Assembly (NCBI RefSeq): GCF_001194135.2
Contig: NC_068990.1
Coordinates: 7,238,742-7,302,627, forward strand
DNA length: 63,886 bases
Direction of reading: 5' to 3'
From: Octopus bimaculoides
Lineage: Eukaryota
The position numbers and the translations under genes were made by a program. The notes beneath the pieces are model-generated. The model saw only the letters and a program-made list of their open reading frames with translations. It was not told the origin of the DNA and searched no databases. Below are positions 27,786 through 40,400 of the stretch, piece by piece (position 1 is the first letter of the stretch; every line of letters begins with the position of its first letter).

Positions 27786-30700
27786 AATTGACAAAATATG
27801 ACCATCTGCAAATATAACAATATCTGTTCCACATCAAGTGTCTTAAAAAAAAAATACATAATCCTATCTTTTATTTATTTCTTCAAAATTTTTGTTTAAA
27901 TCTTTTAGCTTGAAGAATTTTGGAAAGAAAACTGCACGTTGCCATTGCCTCCTGTCATGGAATCACAAACAATATTTGAATATGTTGTGTCTGACAAAGG
28001 AATGTGGGAACACTGGTCTCAGAGGGTAAGTAATCCAGGCTTGCAAGAACAATATTTATTTCATTTTATTCAATATAAGACAGATTTTTAGAAGCATATG
28101 ACTCACGCATGATAGAGTTGATGTTATTTTCCGCAAACCTTTTGAGCTCTATGTTAAAGTCTATCCTAAGAGGTACTTGAACTCAGATCATCATCATCAT
28201 CATCATCGTTTAACGTCCGCTTTCCATGCTAGCATGGGTTGGACGATTTGACTGAGGACAGGTGAAACCAGATGGCTACACCAGGCTCCAATCTGATCTG
28301 GCAGAGTGTCTACAGCTGGATGCTCTTTCTACCACCAACCCCTCTGAGAGTGTAGTGGGTGCTTTTACGTGCCACTGGCACGAAGGCCAGTCAGGTGGTA
28401 CTGGCAACGGCCACACTCAAAATGGTGTATTTTATGTGCCACCCACACAAGAGCCAGTCCAGGGGCACTGGCAACAATCTCGCTTGAAAGTCCTTACATA
28501 TACCACGGGCACAAGTGCCAGAAAGGCGACGCTGGGCACAGGTGCCATCACGATTTCGCTTTCGCTTGCCCCAACAGGTCTTCGCAAGCCGAGTTTCGTG
28601 TCCAATGAAGGAGACAACGTTGGCATGGGTGCCAGTCATCGAATTTAGTTCGATTTCGATTTTACTTGCCTCAACAGGTCTTCGCAAGTGGAGTTTAGTG
28701 TCCAATGAAGGAAAGGTACGCATAAGATCTGAGTGACAATATCAATGAGGTAAAAAGCTTCAGAAGATAAACATAATATTCAGTTGAATATAACTAACTC
28801 TGATATTGGTATTTATTTAATGATCTTAGAAAAGAAGCGGAATGATATACTCTGGCAAAATCTCAGCACAGCAAAATGAGTGCTCTACTTGTGATGACTA
28901 AACATTTATTCTGGAATAGGTACCACTTTTCCACATGATTAATAATAGTACATAATGAAGTGGTGGAATTAACCAAGATACTAGAGTTATGTTCAATTTA
29001 TTGCAGCATTTAATTTCATCTTCCTACATCTTATTCAATCAAATTCTATCTTTTTTTGAACAACAGTTATGTAGTCATTATGTAGATCAGCATAAATTCA
29101 GACCTTTGATATCCCTCTTTGTAGGTGAAGCCATGGGAAACAGCATAGTAGATGTGTAATCTCAACAAAAAGTCCTCCACTGACTAATGGCAACATTTAC
29201 GTGATGCTGGACAGAGGTCAATGGCCACAATCATCAAATTTCTATTATATTACTGTTAGTGTTTGTAGACTCGGTGACCATGGATGCTATTAGCCAATAA
29301 AAATATAATCCAAGTCACTCCAACCAGATGATATCTGTATAATTTCTGGTCCTGACACCAGTCCTGAAAACTGGATTGATTTATTTTTATTACAAACTTC
29401 ACTAGATAGTGTCATTTTCTTTCTAAAATGTTTGTCTTCAGTTTCGTTTTCCTTAATACTATCAACATCAGAAATCCTTTCTACTATAGGCACAAGGCCT
29501 GAAATTTTGCAGGAGGGGGGCAGTTGATTTGATGAACCTCAGTATGCAACTAGTATTTAATTTATCGACCTCAAAAGGATGAAAGGTGTAGTCGACCTCA
29601 GTGGAATTTGATCTCAGAACATAGCGAAATACCACTAAGAATTTTGTCCAGTGTGCTAACGATTCTAGCCAGCTTACCATATGTTATTGTAACAGTAGAA
29701 GCAAACTTTCCTGTGTGACAGTTACAAGGTGGTATCAAAAGGTTACTGAATTAGTTCTGTAGCATACCAACATGTAGCAGCACATGGTTGTGTGTGCAGT
29801 GAGAGCTAGCACTGACTTTCATGAGGCAGTGTGCCAAGTGACATTGCTATGTTTACTTTGCAAGTTGTGAAATTTGTGTTTTTGTGATCATGTGTATGCT
29901 GTAGTCCGTGATTTTGTCATGGACAAGAAGTTGGAACAAAGAGCCAACATGAAATTTCGTGTTAAACTTGGGAAGTCTGCTACAGAGACATTGAGCATGC
30001 TTCAACAAGCTTACACTGATGAGGCAATGGGTCATACGCAATGTGCAATGTTTTGAGTGGCACAAGCACTTCAAAAGTGGAAGAAGGTCCCTGGAAGACG
30101 ATGAGCGATCTGGAAAACCTACCATGAGCATCATCTATGGAAATGTGGTATTGTGTATTGAGAATTTGTTCCCCAGGGCCAGACTGTCAATGGAGAGTTC
30201 TACTGTGATGTTTTGAAGCATTTAAGGGAAGACATTTGACAAAAGTGACTGGGTCTGTGGAGCATGAAGAATTGGGTTCTTCTTGACGACAATGCATCAT
30301 CACTGAGCTCTCCTCACTTGTGCGTTTCTCGTCAAAAACAACTTGGTATCACTTCTGCACCTGTCCTATTCTCCAGATTTAGCACCTGTGCACTTCCATC
30401 TCTTCTCTAAGATGAAAATTACAGCTCAAAGATCGCCATTTTAACACTGTTGTCAAGATTCAGATTCTAAAAGTGGCAGGAATGCTGGAATAGTGTACTG
30501 TTGCGCAAGGTGACTATTTCAAAGGAGATGATGCTAAAACTTAGGTAAATAGGTTATTCTTTTATTAAAGGTAATCAGTCTGGGAACCTTTTGACACTAC
30601 CTCGTAGGAATACTAGACAATCTCAATGAAATATAATAAATGCTTGAACACTTACAGCAGATTAAATTCGTGTTGTACTATTCTGAACTGAGTCTTGTTG

Positions 30701-33700
30701 ATGTTTGATAATTTATTCATTTCTATTCTCCCATATCAAGTCTACATGTGATGCTGGGTCGTTTTGTCTTTGATAGATAACTCAATACGTATACCCTAAG
30801 GATTCTACTCCAGACTACACAACAATCTTAATTCCAAACATTGACAATGTACGCACTGATTTCCTTATCAATATGATTGCAAAGCAATGTAAAGCAGTTT
30901 TATTGATTGGAGAACAGGTAGGTATCAATCAGTTACACATTTATCTGTATTTACCACATTGACCCCTTTATCATGCTGATACATACACTTTCAATGCACT
31001 GATTTGTAACACATATTGTACCTTTACATTGTTATAGCTTTACATAAAATTATGAGTTATGGGTGTAAGTGATTAGCTCTGAGATTTGAAAGTGATATAA
31101 AATGAATTCATCCTGGATTGTATGCTAGTTTTATTGTCATTATTACTTAATACAGTGGAGGCGCAATGGCCCAGTGGTTAGGGCAGCGGACTCGCGGTCA
31201 TAGGATCGCAGTTTCGATTCCCAGACCGGGTGTTGTGAGTGTTTATTGAGCGAAAACACCTAAAGCTCCACGAGGCTCCAGCAGGGGATGGTGGCGAACC
31301 CTGCTGTACTCTTCCACCACAACTTTCTCTCACTCTTTCTTCTTGTTTCTGTTGTGCCTGTAATTCAAAGGGTCAGCCTTGTCACACTGTGTCACGCTGA
31401 ATATCCCCGAGAACTACGTTAAGGGTACACATGTCTGTGGAGTGCTCAGCCACTTGCACGTTAATTTCACGAGCAGGCTGTTCCGTTGACCGGATCAACT
31501 GGAACCCTTGACGTCGTAAGCGACGGAGTGCCAACAATTACTTAATGCAAAAGAAATTATTATCATTTAGTTGGAGGAATATCAATATACAAGGTGCAGA
31601 CGGTATTTGAGGACATATTTATGGTTTTAAAATAACACTTGTATAATAATAGAAAAAACTGTATATTTATGAAAATAGCATAAACATAAAGCTGAATTAT
31701 CTATTTAGAAATTTCATCCAATAAAACCACCATAAGCATCAATAACTGACTTGGTGCAGGTTCGAAATCATTTACAAGCTCAGATTAAGTGGTTCTTGTT
31801 CGTATTGGACATAATTTGAACTATGGCAGCTTTTGAAGAATCTTTGGTGCTATGGGCATGTCCATTGACATTTTTGTCAATGATGTCCTATACATAGTAC
31901 TCCAGTTGATTGAGATCGAGAGAAATTAGGAGGCCAAGTGTTGGGGGTGATGTGATCATGCAAATTGTTGGCCATCCATTCTCGTGTCATTTGAGCCTTG
32001 TGTGATGGTGCAGAATCTTGTTGAAAGACATAAGGCCTTCCACTGCATACACTGTTGATCCATGGCTTAACAACTTTATCTAGGACCTCAATATATGCAG
32101 CAGCATTCGCCCTAAGTCCTTGTAGGAAAAGTGAGGAGGCATCATATGTCCTTCATTGCTAACAACACCCAAAATAATGACACTTGCAGAAAATTTTGTA
32201 TGCATTACTCTTGGAACCTCAGAAGGGTCTGCACATAGCCATCTGTCATTTCTTCTGTTAGTTTTCTGGTCCTGGTTAAAGTTTTTCTCATCTGAGAAAA
32301 ACCAAATCACACCATCTTCTGATGGATTTTTAAGTTTGTTCAGAAGTCTTTTGGAGTGATTATGCTGCTACACCTGCACTTTTGCCTTTTTGAAATTCCT
32401 AAAGAATGAAGTGATGAATATGCTCTTTGATTGGAGTCAACATGGGCCCAATACAACAACTTCACTTACGATAAGATTGACAAAATGTGAAAGAAAATGA
32501 AAGAAAATTATATACAAACGATTTTGTCATATTTCACACAGAACTTAGAAGTAAAACACCTTTAGATTTAATTAGATATTTACTTAAAAGAAGAAAAAAA
32601 AATTTCTTTACAACCTGATATATACACATATATACACATATATGATGTATAAACATATATGCATATATTAAAGTTCAGGTGAGGATATATAAACCTCAGA
32701 GGAATAGAAATATCCAAGATTAGACTGGTTGAATACTTTATAATATAGGTACGCACATATATATATTATTATTATAGAAACCAAGAGAAGATGGAGATAA
32801 GATTAATAAAGATTTATTAATACATTGACAAGACCTATAACTGCTTAATAAATTATTAATGTATTTATAAATATATCAATAATTTTTTTTATTAATCTTA
32901 TCTCCATCTTCTCTCTTGTTTTTTTTTATATATATACATATATATGTGTGTGTGTGTGTGTGTGTGGATATTCCATTATTCAGTTTTATTTCAAGATTTC
33001 TTACCAATAGTGAAAGAGCTGGTTTCTAACCTAGATCCAAGGCTCCTTCATTGGAATTTCAACATCAACAGGGTATTTTTTGTATGTTTGTATGTATACG
33101 TGCAGGTTTGTATGTTTTGTTTTATGTATGTATTCTCATGCATATAGTTGCATGTCTGGACATGCTCATATATACTTAAATGATAAACTTCTGGATAGTT
33201 CCAGTGATGGCTTGGATCTGTAATCTTCAAATCAGCCTTCTCCCTTCTGGGTTCGAGTAGCCATTTTTAGAATGAAAATATGAATGCTGCTATTAAATGC
33301 AACTTTCCCTTTTGTGCAGCACATTGTGTTGTCATTAAAATTATTATACATCTGATACTGTTCCTAAAATTACACATTAACAAGAAAATATTTTTCTAAA
33401 TGATCAGTTTCTCAGAAATAACCTGTAAAATTATTACTTGTTTTGAGTTATGATATCTCTAAAATAGTTTCTTTTTGTTCTCAGGGAACTGCGAAAACTG
33501 TCATGGTTCAAGCCTATTGCAGTAAATACAATCCAGAAGAACACCTTTTCAAGAGTTTTAGCTTTTCCAGTGCTTCAACTCCATTAATGTTTCAAGTAAG
33601 CTGGGGGTTTTTTTTGTTATTAAAAAAACGTTGGGGTGGTTTATTGCCTATTTAAATGCCTGTTGAAACTACTACACAACTTCAGATGTAATTTCATTAT

Positions 33701-34359
33701 ATAATAACTAACTCAGTTGGAGAGCTCTTCTTTCACTGGCAGCTCATAAATGTCACTCATTAGATACAAACTGTAGAACTTAGGGTATTCAATTAGCACC
33801 TTAGTACATCGTTCTTGCATGTGGTCTTTTTTTTTAGATATTAGCATGTTATTTGATATAAAAGACTATCAACAAAACATAATAGCAGTTAGCATATTCG
33901 CATCACATTTTGAATTTGCTGNNNNNNNNNNTTAGATATTAGCATGTTATTTGATATAAAAGACTATCAACAAAATATAATAGCAGTTAGCATATTCGCA
34001 TCACATTTTGAATTTGCTGAAATATATTCAGAATGAATATGTATTTCATTGTTTTGATTCTCATTGTTCTTTGTGTACATGATGATTCATTATCAGTTTG
34101 GCATGCATCAGCATGTATCAATAAATAATTTGTTGATTTCTACAAACAAATGCACTCACTCTTGTTTAGATTCAGTGATCAGAAGGTAATTTTGACTGAA
34201 GAGACACAACAAGGTTGAAACACCGCAGTGTCTCATAGTCACCTTATGTCAATGAATCCAGAAGGTGTTCTCTGAAGAGAAAAATACTACAGCAGTTAGC
34301 ATAATTATGATTGATTCTGTGAGATATATTAAGAATGAATATATCATTGTGTGTGTTCG

Positions 34360-34401
<42 letters not shown>

Positions 34402-37400
34402 CATCCATCCATCTATCTGCCTGTCTGTTTGTCTATCTATCTATCTATCCATCCATCAATCTGTCTGACTGTCTGTCTGTCAATCCATCTATCCATCCAT
34501 TCATCCATCTACCCATCTGTCTATCTGCCTGTCTGTCTGTCTTATAATTGTTGGTTACCTACAGTTGAATGTAAGCTTTTGGCTCTACCTTAGGCCCGTG
34601 GTCATCATTTGATCTAAGCTGAATAGGAAATAAACTCTTCAAAATCTTTGCTCAATGAAGTCTCATACATAATTAAAAAATCTGAGGGGAAATGGAACCA
34701 AGCTTACTTGAGTATAGAGAAAAAAGTATATGGCCCCATCATCTGTATATCTGTAAAGCAAAAGACAAACTCATTTATGTTCGTGTCACAGTAAAATGTA
34801 CCCAAGTACATTCTGTAAAGTGATTAGGGTTAGGAAGGGCATCCAGCTGTAGAAATCATACCAAAAATGAAAGTGTAACATGCTCCTCTGACATATTTAA
34901 GAGGGCAGTAATTCAAAACTGGTTCCGAACATGACAATCCTTCCAACCCATGCCGGTATGGAAAGTTGATATATGATGATGATAATGGGGGTAGTGGTGG
35001 CAGCAATGGCAGCAGTGATGGTAGTGATGGTGATGATGGTGATGATGGTGATATATTTGATATACTTGGGTGATGCTTTCTTATAAAAAGAAGGTTAACT
35101 AGTTGATCAATTTTCACCTAGAATTGTTATAGATTATACAATAAGCATCATCATCATCGTTTAACGTCCGCCTTCCATGCTAGCATGGGTTGGACGATTT
35201 GACTGAGGACTGGTGAACCAGATGGCTACACCAGGCTCCAATCTGATTTGGCCGAGTTTCTACAGCTGGATGCCCTTCCTAACGCCAACCACTCCGAGAG
35301 TGTAGTGGGTGCTTTTACATGCCACCGGCATGAAGGTCAGTCAGGCGGTACTGGCAACGGCCATGCTCAAAATGGTGCATTTTACATGCCACCTGCACTA
35401 ATATGGGTAAATTTCTTTAATTTTAGCAAGATGTTTACCATAAGCTCTGACAGAATGAGACAAAAGCAGAAGATATTAGTCATGTAATGGTTGAGTACAA
35501 CTATGGAACTTTGATAGAATTTAAAGTAAAAATATTTTATTTTGTGTTAGTTCATATATTGTGTCATCTAAGAATGCACAACATTAAAACTTCAGAAATA
35601 TTATATGGTATTAAATGTGAGGTTCTTGGAAGATCTCACCAACAATCGCTAAGATGAACTTAAAAACATTCAAAATTCCTTTTTCAGCGTACTATGGAAA
35701 GTTATGTGGAAAAAAGAATGGGTACAACATACGGTCCCCCAGCTGGAAAAAGGCTCACTGTATTTATTGATGACATCAATATGCCAATTATCAATGAGTG
35801 GGGTGATCAGGTAATATAAACTTTTTATGTTTTATAATAACTCTTGGCCTATGTTCAGAGTGTATTTATTATATTTTATATTGTTTTACTTTATTTTATT
35901 TTGTCTTATTTTATTTTCTCTCATCTTCCTCCCTATCTGTCCTACTAACAGTGTTAAACTGTTATACTAAAATAATGTGAAATTATGACATTGTTGAAAT
36001 AGCTACACCCTACAGTCTCCATAATGACTACGTAATCTTCATGTAACTAGCTTTGTTTCAAAGAGTTATAGTATTAATAACAGTTACTAATATTAGACAA
36101 ATAGAAAATTATCTCCTCACATCTCCAGGATAGGGAGTATCCACAATGAGCATAAATGCATTTAATCCTAAAAGTAATTCCCTACTTAAGCTGCTAAAAC
36201 AGCAGCAACATCTCCAACAAATCACACCTAGCTGTCTTAATAAATGGAATGGGATGTCTGCATCCAGGATAATGTATTCCTGGATATTGTTGTTGGCACT
36301 CCGTCGCTTACGACGTCGAGGGTTCCAGTTGATCCGATCAACGGAACAGCCAGCTGCTCGTGAAATAAACGTGCAAGTGGCTGAGCACTCCACAGACACG
36401 TATACCCTTAACGTAATTCTCGGGGATATTCAACGTGACACAGAGTGTGACAAGGTTGACCCTTTGAATTATAGGCACAATAGAAACAGGAAGAAAGGGT
36501 GAGAGAAAGTTGTGGTGAAAGAGTACAGCAGGGTTTGCCACCATCCCCTGCTGGAGCCTCATGGAGCTTTACGTATTTTCGCTCAATAAACACTCACAAC
36601 GCCCGGTCTGGGAATCGAAACTGCAATCCTATGACCACGAGACCACTGCCCTAACAACTGGGCCATTGCCCTTCCACTCCTGGATATAATATAACCTTAA
36701 ACACAAGTTGGCAATCATTGAGGCTAAGCATTAATCATGCTGAGATCACTTCAGTATTATAGTTTACAAACACACTGCAAATATGCGTAAGTCTAACTAA
36801 TTATAAATACGTTTTTAATGTGTGTGTGTTTTTTTTTTTCATTTAATGCAAGATTATCTATCAATTTTATTTTGAAATCTTAATTAATCAGTTGAAATCA
36901 GTTTTTGGTCAGATATCAAAATTCTTACCCTACACTCACTGGTAAATCTAAGCAGGATTTACAAAGAGTCTCTGGAGACCATGCTCTTTTGGTCAAATGA
37001 CTTCAACTGAAATAGGAATAGTTTCCTTTGGAAGATTTGTTATACAAGCTTTATACATGTGCTTGTAGATAAGTATTTTCGATAGAAATTCCTATTTAGG
37101 CTAAATATAAGCTTACTCAATTCAGTTGTAGTTAGACTTCCATGTGAGAAATAACTGTTTGATTTTAGAATTGGGCTGAGAATTGTTAGATAAGTTAAAT
37201 GAGGCAGTGGCTTTAAGTTAATGCTCTGTATTAAGCACAAGCTCTTGACTTTCATTTTACTAAATCTTCCAATGTGGTTTGTCTGTCTAAAAGACACATA
37301 ATTTTTCCTGCTTTTAACATACTTGATTGTTAATGCAATCTACACCAAATTTCATAGTGGCTTGCAGTAAAATGGATACCACTATGCTAGCATGGGGAAA

Positions 37401-40400
37401 TGGATATAAGCAGTTTGTTATGATTTAGATATCTTTATTATTGCTTGTTTGCAAATCCAATTTATTAGAATATTCATTCTAATGTCTGTTTGCATCGCAA
37501 TATAGTATGGAGTATAACCGAAATAGGAATAGATCAATTATATCTTGGTGTGATATATTGATAAACATTCAAGTTAGACTATATACAATTTTATTTTGCT
37601 GTCTTTGTTTATAATAATCATGGAAAATCCTCAGGTTGACTTGACATACCACACTACATGTGTTCAAGGATACCAGCTAATTTAGGACATTATATTTTAT
37701 TCTGAAAAGGATTTTAAAAAATACAATATATAAACTTACTTTTGATGAAGCAGTGCTAATAGCACTCTCTTGTTATGAGACAAGGAGATTTTAATAGCTG
37801 ACTGATGTTAATATTCACTTTGAAATCTTTTAGATTAGTTTTTGTTGGAAAGACAATAGATAATAATGAAATTCATGGAAATAAGGACAGATCCAGAAAC
37901 AACGATCAGGTAATGTGTTTGGGGTGGCACTGTAGAAAGATTGAAATACACTGAGATAATAGAAAGACAAAGACAAATGCATTAAATGAGTTTAGGCACA
38001 AACATAGATAACAGTCTGCAAATTCAACAGTACAAATAATACTGTAATAGTAGCGCAAACAAAGGAAGTCCATGCACAAGTGGTTATTGAGTATTATTGA
38101 ATTACAATCTGCATGCAAAGCGTATTTTATTTCTTTATGGTATAAGAAAGATGGGAAAGCACAAAAACATAAGCAATTAGTCTTTTTCAAATAAAATCTG
38201 TCAACCAGGTTTGATTCTTGGTAGTAGCTATTTCATATGTTCTATAACTGGCTTTGAGAGAACTCTGAGTATCACAACTTTTACTCCCTAGTGATGGGAG
38301 TTTCACTGATCCCAAAAGGTTGCTCAAGCAATTAACCCCATTAATTTTATTGAATAATTCAGAATTTATTTTTTAGGATCAGAATGTAAGTGTTCCAAAT
38401 GTAATCTTAGCTGAGTTGTGTCTACCATTGGCAGTTATATTGGTCTGGGTTATTTTCTGGCTCTGAAAACAAACCCAGTATTCTTGATGCACTCATAACT
38501 ATGTAATGAAAATATAATTAATATAGTTATAATATTTCTAATATAGGAGTTGGAATCTGTTTGGTATTTATTTACAGGTCACAAATGAAATTACTCGGCA
38601 AATGATAGAAATGAATGGATTCTATAACCTTGAAAAACCTGGAGAATTTACAACAGTTACTGATATCCAGTTACTGGCTGCAATGATTCATCCTGGAGGA
38701 GGCCGAAATGATATTCCTCAGAGACTCAAGCGTCAGTTCTCTATCTTTAACTGTACTCTGCCTTCAAACAATTCTGTTGATCAGATTTTTCAAACTATTG
38801 GTTGTGGACATTTTTGCAAGGTACAGACATTTTACAACACTTTCAAGTGCTTTGTATTTGATTTGTTGCCAATCTTTTTTTCCATTGACTGTCTTTAAAT
38901 TTAGTAAATAGAAAAGTTCTCCTCTTCAGTATTAACACTCACCACTACTTTTCTAACAGCAAAAGATATTTAATGAGTTGCTTTTTGTTTTCTTTTTTTC
39001 TTTTACTTTCTGTCTTTTATTCATTTTTACTGAGGTACAATTTACTAGTTTCCATGGATTCCAGTTTTTTTTTTGTTTTATTTTTAATGGTCATGTCGGA
39101 CGTCGTGCTGGGGGCTTCCATGGCATACATGGAGGCTATGGCTTCGGTTCCCGCAACGAGGAGGGAACCAGACTGCTGGAGTTCTGTGATGCAACCAATC
39201 TTATGGTNNNNNNNNNNTCCTAACACCAACCACTCCGAGAGTGTAGTGGATGCTTTTACACATCACCGGCACTGGTTATGACTATGACTGCACTGAGCAT
39301 GACATGTCTTTTCAAGCACAGCAAATTGCCAAAGGTCTCAATCACTTGTCATTGCCTCCAAAACTCATGCTTCACCATCTCATCCCATGTCTTCCTGGTC
39401 TACCTCTTCCACAAATTCCCACTACAGTTAGAGATCAGCACTTCTTTACACAGCTGTCCTCATGCATATGCATCACATGACCATGCCAGCAAGTCTTCTC
39501 TCTTGCCCGCCCACTACATCTGATGCCTCTTTTGCCCATTATATCTCTCAAGATGCTTACACTCTGTTGTACATGCACACTGATATTGCCCATCCAGTGA
39601 AGCATACTAGCTTCATTTCTTTCAAGCTTTCACATGTCCTCTGCAGTCACAATCATTGTTTCACTGCCATGTAGCATAGAATCTGCCTTTCACTCTGGGG
39701 TAGAGGCCCTTTGTTATCAACAAAAGTAGAAGCTCTCTGAATTTTGCCCAGCCTATTCTTATCCTAGCAGCTATGCTCTTGGAGCTCCCACCTCCACTAC
39801 TGACATGGTCATCCAAATAATGTAAGCTAACAACTACTTCTAAGTATCTCCCCTGGCATTTGACGAAGTCTATTTTCTGTTCATTTGTAGTGTTTATTGT
39901 ACTCATACATCTGCCAGACACAAAGACTACTTTCTCTGTTAATGTTCCTCTGATATTGCTAATTATTCTCCTTAGCTAAAAGGAATGTTATGTTCAATTT
40001 TAGAAGTGTAATCTATTATAGTTAACAGATGCTGGATCGCAAACTTATAAGAAGTGAAAATGAAAACAATTCCTGCCTTTCCCTGGGTCAATAGTAACAA
40101 AAATTATTTGAATTAACTAAATTGAAAATCATCACCTCACATGAATTCATGTTAGGACAGTAATAATGGTGGAGATAATAATGTTTTTATTAAGACTGGA
40201 AAATTTATTATATTTCCCCAGTGAATTGGGAATGAATCTACATTTTTCAGTTTTTAATAATTTTTCATTACAAAACTACAATAAAATGATTAGTTGCATT
40301 CCATTTACCTGTTGTATTTAACATAACTTGAATTGCTTCAAGGACTAGGGTGCATGCTACTTGTTAAGGCACTAGAATGCTGACCAACTGGTTAGGAATT

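Noticed and set aside
28510-28720. Hammerhead or HDV ribozyme in family D (several GAAA and TGATG motifs)
   Set aside because: I could not assemble a valid core or nested pseudoknot; only the single stem is reported.
31155-31230. tRNA genes at SINE heads (families A, B, C)
   Set aside because: They keep A/B boxes but continue into SINE bodies with tails and TSDs, without a proper acceptor stem.
33835-34020. About 87-bp tandem duplication
   Set aside because: The copies flank an N gap and differ by one base, consistent with an unmerged allelic overlap.
36109-36593. Several 60-118 aa ORFs
   Set aside because: They lie within the GC-richer family C SINE and show no protein similarity.
39085-39290. 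Sense RTE endonuclease joined to an antisense family D piece
   Set aside because: The junction lies in an N gap, so adjacency is unverified.
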